DNA of 64,000 nt, taken from contig NW_002060948.1 of NCBI RefSeq assembly GCF_000150275.1, positions 5,068,336 through 5,132,335 on the forward strand, read 5' to 3'. Source of the stretch: Trichoplax adhaerens (lineage: Eukaryota; Animalia; Placozoa). Both the position numbers and the translations under genes were made by a program. Below, piece after piece: positions 1 to 13,900 of this stretch (its first letter is position 1; every line of letters begins with the position of its first letter). Under the pieces are notes generated by a model. That model saw nothing but the letters and a program-made list of their open reading frames with translations. It was not told where the DNA came from and made no database searches.

Positions 1-34
1 TCAAGATTCATTAATCATATACTATTATCAGTAC

Positions 35-410
35 TTAGTCATTGTGCTGATTTCCCTGACATTGGTTTTGTTCTGAATCATCAACTTTTAAACCATTGGC
101 CATACTATTGCCAAATTTTGCGTTAAGAATCTGTTATTATAATATCGTTTACCGTCATTTCAGATAATTCCAAATAGCTAAACGGGTGATGTTAAGTTAG
201 CTGGATTTGTCAGGCATTTTTGTCCATACTATTTTGTGATCGGTTAATACTTAATCCTTGGCCTAATTTCCTTGACATTGGTTATAGTTTCAAATTATTA
301 GCTATTTAACCCTGGGCTATGCTACTCCCAAATTGGGGTTAAGAATTTGTAATTATAGTGTCGTTTACCCTCACTTCAGTAATTTCAATCGCTGAAGGAG
401 TGGTATTAAA
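35..410. repeat. Diverged two-copy tandem repeat, unit about 215 bp, probably within a CPLANE2 intron
   Basis: 'atttccctgacattggtt...ccaaattttgcgttaagaatctgttattataatatcgtttaccgtcatttcag' near 50-160 recurs as 'atttccttgacattggtt...ccaaattggggttaagaatttgtaattatagtgtcgtttaccctcacttcag' near 266-380. Confidence 0.7.
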
Positions 411-660
411 TAGCCGCCATGTCAGCTGGTATGGTACTATTCGTGTTATCGATTTAGCAAGGCAATTTTGCTGACGCTACGTGTGTTTCATAATCGGATG
501 AAAGATATAAATGAATACTTAGTTATTGCACTCATAGATAAGTATCCCTATACACGTAAATGTTAAGAAGATACAGAAATTCAACTCAATGACTTCCGTC
601 TTAGCTGTAGTACTGATATTGTGATCTATTAATTTATGAACAAATAATTAATTAATCTAG

Positions 661-1696
661 GCTTGCATAGAAAAAGTAGATGCTGTTATCTTTACCTTCT
701 CGTTCGTTGACAGGTAAGTGTTGAAGACTAACCGACATACTGTACCTTATATACGTGTATACTCTTATTGTAGTTATATACGGTCACAGTAAAATGATTG
801 CTTGTATCACAATGATCATTAGCTTCTCCAATCAAGTCTATTTCGCTAGCAATTGCTAAATGAATAATTAAGTTACCCATTGTAGTAGTTCAACTGACAT
901 GACAAACTGGTCATATCGTCTAGACAAAATAGAGAACAATCTAAGCCAGTGCCAATATTATACCAAAGTTAAATATCACATATTTTAATCACCAAGTTAT
1001 TTTTTAACATTTAACTTTAAAATTGTTATTTTCAATTATCTAGGGCTAGCTTTGATGATCTTACAAATTCTGTGAGTGGTCTCATTTAAAGTCTAGTAGA
1101 AACTTCCCTTGTTGATTAATTTAAATGATACTAATTTTAAAACAATAACAGGTTGATAATTTAGCCTTGCCAGAAAAGTCGACGCTAAAAATTGTTGTTG
1201 GGACTAAATATCCGATCTTAACATCTAGATCTTAAAGCGTTATTTCAAACTCTCTGCATATTTATATAGTATTTATATTCTTTGCGATATTGAAACAGTA
1301 TTGATTAAAAGTGTCCTTAACGGGTTATAAAGTATGACCAATTCATGTATAGTGAAATTAGCGAGAGAGAATTACACGAATTTGAACAGGAAAGGAAAAT
1401 AACTGCCTTCAAAATGAAGAATATTTGCTCTAAATTGCCTGACGGTAACTTAGATGCTTGGGCTAATATCCATGTAGGTGTAAAACTAGCTTCAGACTTA
1501 TCAACGATTCAAAATATTCTACAGTTGAAACAATATTAACACGCTTAAAAGAAACTAACGCTCTACTAATTTATCCTGGTACATTCTTAATATGTCTTTT
1601 TATCTATTGACTAAGGATACTTCAACGTTCCTAAATAATCTCTGTGAACAACTACTTCATAGGGATCGGATAGCAGCCAGACATAGAATTAATTGA
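661..1696 (+). CDS. CPLANE2: CPLANE2/RSG1 (REM2- and Rab-like small GTPase, ciliogenesis), 3' part. Exons 661-713, 1044-1071, 1152-1207, 1332-1473, 1616-1696; 5' exons not found in the window
   Basis: Spliced product ACIEKVDAVIFTFSFVDRASFDDLTNSVDNLALPEKSTLKIVVGTKYDQFMYSEISERELHEFEQ...KLPDGNLDAWANIHDTSTFLNNLCEQLLHRDRIAARHRIN*. It aligns by eye with the RSG1 C-terminal half (..DAFLFLFSFTDRASFEDL..VIGSKFDQYMH..ILNGLAEQLWHQD). Exon phases are consistent. Confidence 0.85.
1208..1331 (+). other. Putative U12-type (minor spliceosome) intron with AT-AA termini
   Basis: 5' end ATATCCGA at 1208; branch-point consensus TCCTTAAC at 1314-1321, 10 nt before the 3' end; splicing AA|...AA|G restores GTK-YDQF in frame. 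Confidence 0.75.
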
Positions 1697-2894
1697 TTAT
1701 TGGTCATGCATACACAAATCTCTATGTTCTTGGACAAACGCTCGTATCCAGTGCTGCAAAGCATAATCAGTAAAAGTCATATAGTGCTAAGCTTGAAATG
1801 TTTTGAGGTATTCACTCTTTGGCCTCAAATATTACTCCCGTGATACTAAATCAACGCTTAGCATTATTTCTGTAGAAAATAATTGTATAAAATGTATATA
1901 TACTCGTATACGTATGTATACTGTAGGTAGTAACAATGTTGGTAAATAGACTTCTAACATTGTACAGTAAAATACTATCCGTTCATTTTATCTCATCCAG
2001 TATTGTAATAAAGCGTTACGTCAGATATGTTCATAGCAAATTGTACACTGATAACATTTGTTAAACAGGTAAATTTTATTATTCGCTGTTGCTTAATATA
2101 ACAATGATCGTTATATGTTAACGAGCGATTTTATGAAGTTTGTCCACAAACGTTTAAAAGTAATATCGATTGAATATAATGAAGACAACAGATTGAAATG
2201 GATGATTATTTGGATTGTATACTTTTCGGCAATCCAGTATTAAATAAAATGAAACTGGCAAATTATATTAGCATATTATAGCTGAAAGCGCTACTTTATC
2301 ATAGATACGAGACTAATCACTACAAATTATGGTTTACTCCTACATACAATACTCTAAAAATAATAGCTTAAACATTCACAGATCAGTTAGAAATAGCTAT
2401 ATTGTGCAATATTGTAGTATTAATGTAACAGCAGTAGTAAGTAGTAGCTGCATCAGCAAGAAATAGTATAACAATTAATGTATAAAATTACTTCTATACA
2501 TGCGTAGCATTATGGCAGTAAAGAAAACCTCTAGCGTAATCTATATATCTCAACAGGCATTACGAGTTACGTAATTAATGTTAAACACAATATGGCTCAT
2601 TACAGATTTTCTTAAGTAAGTGAAACGATCTACACCCATATCAATTAAATTTGATATCGCCTTTAACTTAAAAAATAGAAAAAAGCGAGAAATCTCCCCA
2701 AAGGAATCTGTATGTCATTTTAATTATACGAGTTAAGGTATCTGAATTTGTCTATTAGCAATGACACTATAGCAGGACATTATTGATTCGACCATAGGAT
2801 TTTCGCGATCAGTAAGACTAAATCTGCGGATCGTGAGCAGTCCCTACACTCAATTAGTATCTTTTTTTTTATCCTACACAATAAAAATAATCAA

Positions 2895-4680
<1,786 letters not shown>

Positions 4681-7554
4681 TTAGATGGTATACTTGGTAT
4701 TCGTAAAAGACCTGAAAGAATACAAATACGCTGAAATGTTGAAATCACGATACCCTCGTTACAGTTTGAATTCGAGCTACATGGACAAATTTAGATTGTA
4801 TAAAACGCATAAAACCAACAATTCACTTTCAATCATAGTGCAGCGTTGTCTAATCATTTGAATGGGCTACAACATACTGTAACAATTCACATATTCCAAG
4901 TTGTTTAAGCAATGTTCAGCCATGATTATTGACAAGGAATAATGACTAATCAAGATCGTCCAGATATACTTTGCAATTTGTAGACTATCATATTTGTCAT
5001 CCTACACGATTAACAAATAGTATCAGTACTCGTGGGTCATTCCCTTTTGTATTTATAATGGCTTACAGCTACTGTAATTCTTTAGTAGGATGATCCCAAA
5101 TTTATATGAGTTGTATCAGTAATAAGCTGGTATCGCAGTAAACATCATTTAATTGTATCGTTTGTTTCTTACGGTAATAAAAAATAGATACATTGCTCTA
5201 TCAAGATTGAATAGGTGCAAGATAGGGGTATGCTAATTTCAAATGTAGTCCTGAAATAGACTTGATATCTTTCTATATTTCAATCTTCCAAAGTTTCGAT
5301 ACCAAGTGTATGCCAACAATTTTTGCGAAGACAGCAGTAGTCTAGTATACCGTCGCGGCATTTATTAGGGTAGGGGATTCTTCCTTTTCAGCAAGTCAAA
5401 ATCGGTAGAAATAAGTATTCATTCCTACCCTTATTAATATTTAATAAGCTATAGATTACTATCACGTACAAAGGAATGAGGGTAATATTCATTCATGTTA
5501 TAGCAACATGAACGATCCATTTGTAGCGTCATGGTTGCCCATAAATGGAACATAGCATTCTCAAGTTCATTCAAATAGAAAGCAAGTGATTTCAGTTAGC
5601 CGACAGGGCTATGCTCGAGGTAGCGAAGAAAGTGCACCCGAGTTTACAAACGATGTCATACGTCGATATAGTATTCAGAATAGGATTATTTTATTTCCAT
5701 TTAGTCAACGATCTGGTGGGAGTAGTTTAAAGATTCCATTATGTCGAGTTTTGCGTCCAAGTCGACGATACAGCAGAATTGGCCTAGAGGCAGTATCCAT
5801 TCTATTCTGTTCTGATTGAAGCTATTCTATTCAATGTTTCGAATGTTAACATAACGTTAACGGCCTTGAACTATGTACTATTCACAGTTAGGGCATTTGT
5901 TGGAGAATACTGGTAGCTACGGTCAATGCATCACTACAGTAGTTGCAATAAATGAAGTCGGTTTTATCATTGATGTATTTGGTGGTTGAAAAATTAGTTA
6001 CTACAGTCTAGTCGTTGCTATTTTTCTCTGCTCTTGACTAGACAATCAACATGATTGAGGTTAAGCAATGATGCTGTAGCTTGATGTTGTGGTGGCCATT
6101 GGTAGGCTACGCCGGCGAATCCAGTACAGTATATGTAAGCTGATTTATTCTGCTAGTCGCTACGGTAGTGTATCCATCATCGATGATGACCATTGGATAT
6201 GGAGAATTCTTCTTCTTTCTCCAGTACAACTTTTATGGTCAAATCATGACTACAAGCCTAGACTACGGCCTTCTGCGGAGTATTGGCACTACTAGGCCGC
6301 AATGGGCAGTTTACTTCTGGTCCTCCACCACAGCGAAGGGTTGAACTTGTTCCAAGGTCCGATATCGCCGTAGGCGTAGCAGAAGCGTGGTTTACTGGCT
6401 ATTGAAGATTGGATGTGTTGGATTTTGCATCGGTTTCTATCTATCTCCTACCTATCTCTACTCTTTGTCGTCTACTTTATTCCTTGCCATCTTGGCATCC
6501 ATTAAAGTCTACATCTTATTGGGCTTGTATTGAAAAATACAGCCGCATGTCTAATGGACCCCATCGATGGCGTCAGTGATGCCAATACTATTTGGATTGT
6601 AGCACGTTTGTCTTTGTCGATTCCAAATAGACAACATGTGCCCACTGTATGTGGATACGGTAAGCATGTTGTATAGCACTTTTGCAATCATCAAGGCTAG
6701 GGTTATTTTGATTGATCGTTTTACATCGATGGTTGAAATGATGAAAGACTAGAGGAAGAAAAAAAGGCAGCGATGGTGTCGAGTGGGGTCCTACTGTACC
6801 CCATTTCGGTCGAAGTGGGGGCCGCAATGGATGATGATTGTCATGGAAGCAGGCTAAAAGGCCAATGTCTACCCTACCTCTCTTTCACTAGACTGATCGA
6901 GGCTGTAGGAAAGACGATAGACTATTTTTACTAGACAAGAATGCACTCTTTAACAATCTACTCCACTCTTTGAAGGGCAAATAGCATCCATTTTGATCTT
7001 GTGTTGATGCAATGTTGTCTATTGGGCAGTATACCCGGGTGGGCATGGAAAATGCAGTGATGATCCACGTCTAGGGTATGTCGCGAAACGTTGTCAAAAC
7101 ATGATGGTATCGACCGAGAAGTGATGACAGTGCGGTATTGTCACCGCAATTTCCCGAGTACTAGACTGTCTTGTGGAAGAAGGCCGTGGGGGCCGCATCC
7201 TTTCTCTCCTTTTTCGACGGTTCGTTGGGTTAGGCGTTTTATTTTGAAATACAACTGCTTCACATGCAGTGGATTGTTGACTAAGGGGGTAGAAAAAGAC
7301 AATCTCTATCTGTGGTTCTACTCATTTGACACCATAGTCAAGCAAGATGGCTGATTTAAATGATTGAAAGTATCAACAGCCATAGCAGCTGGGAAAAGAG
7401 TTCGCGTCTACACTCGACACGTTTCCCACTAGCGACGAGTGTGTCTTTCAACCATGTTGTTGTTGAATTTTTCTACTTTCATTGCCTCCATCCAATACAA
7501 GTGATTGTAAACGACAAGAGCGACAAGAAATGACAAAGTCATGTTATGACTTAC

Positions 7555-7700
7555 CTTGAAGAAAGTATTTGAATCCAAATCGGCTTTCCAAGTGGGTTTT
7601 TTCGACCTTTTTAGCGATCTCTACTTGGGCGTTTAGGAAACAAATGCTGTTGCTAAAAAATACTTTGGCATTGACCAGTTGATACCGTGGCAATGACGCA
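7555..7700 (-). other. Probable non-coding first exon (5' UTR) of CDC42; intron about 7554-4712
   Basis: Strong donor AAG|GTAAGT on the minus strand at 7555/7554 and acceptor TTTCAG| at 4712 upstream of the ATG. The upstream boundary is approximate. Confidence 0.55.
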
Positions 7701-7787
7701 CCGGCTTGATGTTCTACCAGGTTTAAAATCTATTCCAGGGCGGCATGCATCAAGCAGACTCCTAGGGAGGGGAAAAAAAGAAGCCGC

Positions 7788-8725
7788 TTGTACTGTAGAG
7801 ACTACGCTGCCGCTTTAGGCTGCTACAGTCCATGGATGGTGTACAATGTACTGTATTCTACAGTACAGTACTGTCGCCATTTAGCATCCTGTACGGCTGT
7901 ACAGTGTCTCCTGTCCAGCAGTACAGGATATGGAGTCGACTTTTCAGTACTGTACTGTACACTGTACAGCACTGGACTTTTCGTTCCGGGTCCGGACCAG
8001 ATTAGGACCTCTGGGGCAATTATAGTACAGTGTACAGTACTGTACTGTACAATATAATGTATTCTAGTACTGGATATGGACAGGACTTTTCAGTACTGTC
8101 CTGTCGACTCTACAGTGTAAAGTCTGTCAAAGGGTATGTACTGTACTGTACTGTACTGTACACTGTACAGCACCGGACTTTTCGCTCCGGGTCTGGACCG
8201 GGATCAGAACCTTCAGGCAACTACAGTACAGTGTACTGTACACTGTACAGTAGTACTGGATATGGTGGACTGGACTTTCCAGTACCGTACTGTAGACTGA
8301 CTCTACAGTGTAGAGTCTGTAAAAAAAGGGTCTGGACTGTACTGTACGGTACTGTACACTGTACAGCACTGGACTTTTCGCTCCGGCTCCGGACCGGATC
8401 AGAACCTTGGCCCAACTATACAGTAGGACAGCGTACTGTACAATATACTGTATTCTAGTACTGGATATGGACTGGACTTTCCAGTACTGTCCTGCAGACT
8501 CTACAGTGTAAAGTCTGTAAAAGGGCATGTACTGTACACTGTACTGTACTGTACTTTTTTCGCTCCATGTTCGGACCGGGATCAGAACAGTGGGGCAACT
8601 ACAGTACAGTGTACTGTAGTGTACTGTACAATATACTGTACTACACTACTGGAGAGATGGCACGATCTGTGAAGACCTGGAAAACTACAGTGTACAGTAC
8701 CCTGTACTGTGCTAGACTACTGTAA
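7788..8725. repeat. TACAG/CTGTA pentamer-rich array with a higher-order unit of about 190-200 bp (about 4 copies), immediately upstream of CDC42
   Basis: Landmark 'acttttcg(c/t)tcc...ggacc..atcagaac...gcaactacagtacag' recurs at about 7976, 8178, 8373 and 8553. 'tctagtactggatatgg' and 'ctctacagtgtaaagtctgt' also recur. Confidence 0.9.
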
Positions 8726-9828
8726 TTAGGGCGTAACCATTGTTTTATTTATTGATTATTTGGATATTTATATTTGTTAGTCAACCTGTGACGACAGCGG
8801 GGACAAATGGACAATCAATCATTTCTTGTCCGTTGTTGTCATTAGTCAATGGAAAGGGAATCTCCACGCCAGAATGGTGTACAACAACATGATGCATAAT
8901 ATGATGGGTGTCATAAAGTACATTGGACCACGCTGGCAGTGCGCTAGTTTACTTTACTTTATCCAAGACAGGCTGAGACAAAGTAGAGTCTGTATGCAAC
9001 TTGCAACGCCAAAGGTGGCGGCACTACAATAATAGTATCATGGATGGATGTGGAGGAGGATTGAGCCCCTGGTGCCATCCAGTCACATACTGTATCTGTG
9101 TACCATGTCAATGGATCCATTGATACGGTAATCGATTCATCATAATACGATAGCTTCAAAACCTTTCACAAGATGGACTTGTCCAAAAGAGAAATTGTCT
9201 TTTTTGCCAATTCCTCAATCCTGATACAGAGTACGCTCGAGACCCTAGTGTCCTATGGGATGATTATATAAATAAACTACTGTGCTGTACCTCCAGCATA
9301 CACTACTGTCATGGAGTAGTTTGCGCACTCCCTACGAGCCTACAGTATTGGAGACCCGAAAAGAATGTGACCAATGGAATGTGGAAAAGAAAATTTTCTT
9401 CCAGTACATTATCGGTCAATATTGGCCCAGTAGAGTATTGTACTGGACCACTCATTAAAGCCAATTGTATAGTACTGTAGCTTGTACACGATTGTACCGT
9501 ATGTACTGTCAAAAGTAGGGCAATCAAAATGAATGGTGGACTAACTCAATTGATAGACTATTGCTAGCGAAATACGCTTTAAAATGTATACCAAAACGAA
9601 TTTCATTGCTACTTGTGACTACAACTGTGAAAGATCTCGATCCACGGTATGAATCACTATACAAATGAAATGGACGATCATTCAATCCAACAGACGAATA
9701 ATACGAGTGTTCTCAAAATAATAAATAATCATTCAGATACGCGTACTTTTCAAAGTTCATGATAAAAGCGGTCTAAAAATATTGCTGAAAATGGATTAAG
9801 CCCACGAAAGTGAAATGATACAAGTGGG

Positions 9829-10328
9829 GAGGCCAAGATCTACCCCCAAAAAGGTGAATCGACTGGTAGTATAATAACCTACAGCGGTATGTTCAGCAAA
9901 ACTTAAAACTACTACAGTATACTGCCATACTTTACCAAGGGCATACTGCACTGTACTGGATCACACTCAGATCCACTCGACTTTCTGAGCGAAAGTGGAC
10001 GGTCTTCTGTCCGTCCCCAACTAGACCACACAAAGCGCTGCAAACAGCAAATTTGGATAACAAGCGTGAGCAGTGAGCAGTGAGGCCAAGATCTACCCCC
10101 AAAAAGGTGAATCGACTGGTAGTATAATAACCTACAGCGGTATGTTCAGCAAAACTTAAAACTACTACAGTATACTGCCATACTTTACCAAGGGCATACT
10201 GCACTGTACTGGATCACACTCAGATCCACTCGACTTTCTGAGCGAAAGTGGACGGTCTTCTGTCCGTCCCCAACTAGACCACACAAAGCGCTGCAAACAG
10301 CAAATTTGGATAACAAGCGTGAGCAGTG
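9829..10328. repeat. Direct tandem duplication of 247 bp (9829-10075 and 10082-10328), identical by eye
   Basis: Both copies run gaggccaagatctacccccaaaaagg...caagcgtgagcagtg; the junction reads gtgagcagtgagcagtgagg. Confidence 0.95.
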
Positions 10329-10366
10329 TAGTGTATCGTTTCAGACACAAGATTGACTTAAAATAA

Positions 10367-10560
10367 CTAGCAAAATAGTCGACCCACTTATTTTGACTAG
10401 GTAGAACGGCTTTGCCCTGTCCCTCCTCCCTTTCCTGGTTACGATGCCCGCGGGCGGAGATCGAAGATACTAACCATCCGGGCCCCGAGCTTCAGCCTTC
10501 GGACTCTGCGCTCTGGGCCTGCGTCACAGCCGTCACGATACGAGCAAAAGGCGTTTGCGT
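10367..10560 (-). mobile_element. GC-rich segment with a Helitron-like 3' terminus (mini-hairpin plus CTAG|T); possible non-autonomous element remnant
   Basis: Minus strand reads cagGGCaaaGCCgttctacCTAG|t ending at 10397; adjacent inverted repeat ctagcaaaata...tattttgactag at 10367-10400. Confidence 0.3.
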
Positions 10561-10935
10561 GTTTGTACTGTAGCGAATAGAGGGTAAATGGTGAATAAGT
10601 TTCCTATACGATACTGTGCCTTGTGAGGTTAGCTAGTGTACTAGTATCTTACCTCTCCACATTACAGTACTTCAATTACAGTGCAAAGAAAAGCTTCTGA
10701 TTCTACTCGAATCTCCATGGTGTTCATGTGCCAACTTGTGCCTTCCAGAGCAGTTTTGCAAATTCAAATCAATGCGTAGACATTAGACAACGTCCAATCC
10801 ATTGGTTGTAGCTGGCAATACATCTCCTAATTCAACTAGCTATCTACTCGACTTATCGTATCAAGCAGTAGTTAATAATAAGGTTCAGATCGTCGCCCAC
10901 AATCGGTCAAACCAAATCACTGGCACGCCTGCAAG

Positions 10936-13900
10936 ATGCCATCTAAACGCAAGAGCAAAGCTTCAGCTCCTAGTCGTAATAACCAGCCTCAATCTTTGCC
11001 TGCTCATAAAAGGTATACCTTTTTACAATTCAATCCATAACTTACCGTTTCAATCAGTTATAAATGTCTTCATACTTTCGACATGGTAAATGGACGTATT
11101 GTAGTAGAATAGCACTTAACTTCATGGATGTGAAATAACGTGTCGAGTTGTGGAAATGATTGCATTCAACCTGCATACGCTCGTAGACGCCATGGCAGCT
11201 GCAGATAGCAGACACGTCTACAGCTGTTATCGTGTTGTTAATTCAATTTCATCATGCATCAATACGCTATAGCGTCCATTTTACTCGGGCAAACTACGGT
11301 TCTGTCTTCTAAACAACTGATGCAATTGCTAGTCGAACACTTGCCTTACTACCAACGTGTTATAGTCAATGAACATAACGTTATCTGCAATCACTCCTCA
11401 GTTATAGTAATCACTTGCAATGTTCGTAAACTAGAGCAAGCAATAGTGTACCTGCAATCAAACTCATCTTTTCTTGCGTAGGAAAAAGCTTAGCGATTTG
11501 AAAACGGAAGAGTTCCTTTCTTATGGTCTCGACAGTGATATCGAAGAAGACATTCAAGACGATGTCGACCATGAAGAAAAGAAAAGCGATGCAAGGTGCG
11601 TAATTCTCTATTGCAACGGAATGAAATGACAGACATGGTCAATTCATAACCTGCAGAAACCGTACAATTGCTACATCGAAGGCTTTACCAATCTAAGACA
11701 ATTCTTAATGTTTGCACTTTTGTAAACGGCGAATTAGCGATTGACTGCTGTAACACACCTGTTACTTAGTATTACGCCATAAAATCTGATTAATAATCAC
11801 TATTTGAATCTATTAGTGCTTCCGGTAAAACATCGAAACACAAGATGCAGCTGCAACGTCTGCAAGAAAACGATCCGGAATTTTACAATTATCTGAAGGA
11901 TAACGATCAAAATTTGTTAGAATTTGACGTCAGCGATGATGATGGTGATAATGACAATGACGATGATGGTGATGATGACAATGATGATGATAATGACGAG
12001 GATGATGGTGAAAATAAAAGTTCTAGTAGTGATGAGGAACAAAACGTCAAACAGGATATGCCAAATCAGAACGACCAACGTCAAGATCCTAGCATCCAAC
12101 AGCATTCTGGTAAAGTAGTTACAGAAGAAATGGTCAACAAATGGAGAGAATTGTTTGAAGTCAGTTTTTCATCATCAATGATACCATTCTGTAATTACAC
12201 CAAAATTACGGATAACGTTTTCCTCTTACTTACTTCTGCCAATAGGCATATTCATATGCAGCCATGAAGCAAATCACTAAAGTATTTCATGCTGGCTTAC
12301 ATCAGCGCATCTTAACAAATGAGGAAAATCAAAACGAAAAATTTATTTACCGAATTGACAATGATGACGGTATACGAATACAGTTTCAATGATTTCTTAT
12401 CTGGGATTGAGTTATTATTTCCTAATTCAAATTTTCAATATGCTCTTACAAAACTATTTTTTCACGTTTTAGTCTTAAACGCTATTATAAACTTGTGTTT
12501 AAGCCAAATTCCTTCGTATTTGGATCATTTCTTCCCTCCACCAGCGCAAGAAAAATCAAAGAAAAAGTTATAGAAATTATATAATTCCATTCGTAATATC
12601 AACATTGAATAATTACAAATTGCCCTATTTTCTACATACTGTATTAGACCCGATCTACCTTCATCATCGAAGAAATGGCCGCAATTTAAATCATCTATTA
12701 AATCCTATCTGTCTGATCTCTTGCAGGTAGATTTCTTCACTTTAGTATCTTACCTATTGAAATATTACAGAAAGTCGCTGATTTTTCCACTAAACATTAA
12801 TTAAATGTTCTTTATTGATTCGGCACCATTTTTCTATATCCAGCTCCTTAAGCATATCTCTGATCCCAAAATATTATGTGGTATTCTACGCAGCTTCAAA
12901 TCTATCTTTCGTTATTGCGGGTGTTTCCCCAAGTTATGCAGGCAGTATATGAAGGTAAATACAATTGAAACCCAATAAAGAATATGTCCATCATGTCAAT
13001 GGATGTGCAGTTTCTGATAGTTGCTGTTTTGCATCTAAAATTAGCATTTGATGCATTTGTGGAGCTCATCAACACAGGAAGATGTACGTGTTTTAGCATT
13101 CTTATGCATTCGAAAATTGATGGATTTACTAACTTCGAAGGAATTTAACGAAACCATTAAAGTATGTTTTGACCAAAGACGGTCTTTCAATAAATAATAA
13201 ACTGACTCTTAAAATTCTGTGAAATTATCAATGTTGTATCTTATGTAAATTTATTACCAATCAATAATTTTACCAACTGTAGATGCGAAATGTTATCTTA
13301 CCCCCATTCTTTCTTACGTTTTATAGTTGATGTATACAGCGTATATTAGAAATTGTAAATTCACTACTCCAACTACACTACCATTTATTGCATTTATGCA
13401 AAGCTGTCTACTCGAAGTTTACAACATTGATAGTTCCGTTACATATCAGCATGCATTTATCTACGTTCGCCAAATGGCCATCCACCTAAGAAATGCGATG
13501 ACCTTAAAGAAGAAGGTAACCTACTGCATATTGTGCTTTATTGTTGCTCCCATAGATCAATGTGACTATTACACCCCCTTTAGAAATATTGACATTGATG
13601 TAACTGCATTTTTTTTAGGACGCTTTTCAAACTGTTTACAACTGGCAGTATTTGCACTGCATCCATTTATGGTGCAGAATTCTTAGCGATATTTCATGTA
13701 GAGAGGCATTGAAGCCTCTCATTTATCCATTAGTTCAGACGACATTAGGAGTTATTCGGTAAAATTATCTAAATTAAAATGATTGATTTTATGCTCGTTA
13801 TTAGCTGTAACAATCTAGTAATTTCTTCAGCATGTTGCAACTATAATTAAATACGTTGTTGCCGTGTATTTTTTTATTAATGGCATAATTAAGGTTGGTT

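Noticed and set aside
7788-8528. Several 64-142 aa ORFs rich in Y/C/T/V/S on both strands
   Set aside because: Translation artefacts of the TACAG/CTGTA repeat array
7788-10328. CRISPR-like interpretation of the repeats
   Set aside because: Eukaryotic context, no unique spacers between short identical repeats, and no cas genes
10400-10560. Known ncRNA (RNase P/MRP, SRP, U3, U11/U12, tRNA) in the GC-rich patch
   Set aside because: None of the diagnostic conserved boxes were recognisable on either strand
11917-12118. Hydrophobic or Met-rich ORFs overlapping NOC2L
   Set aside because: Alternative frames of the GAT-repeat acidic tract
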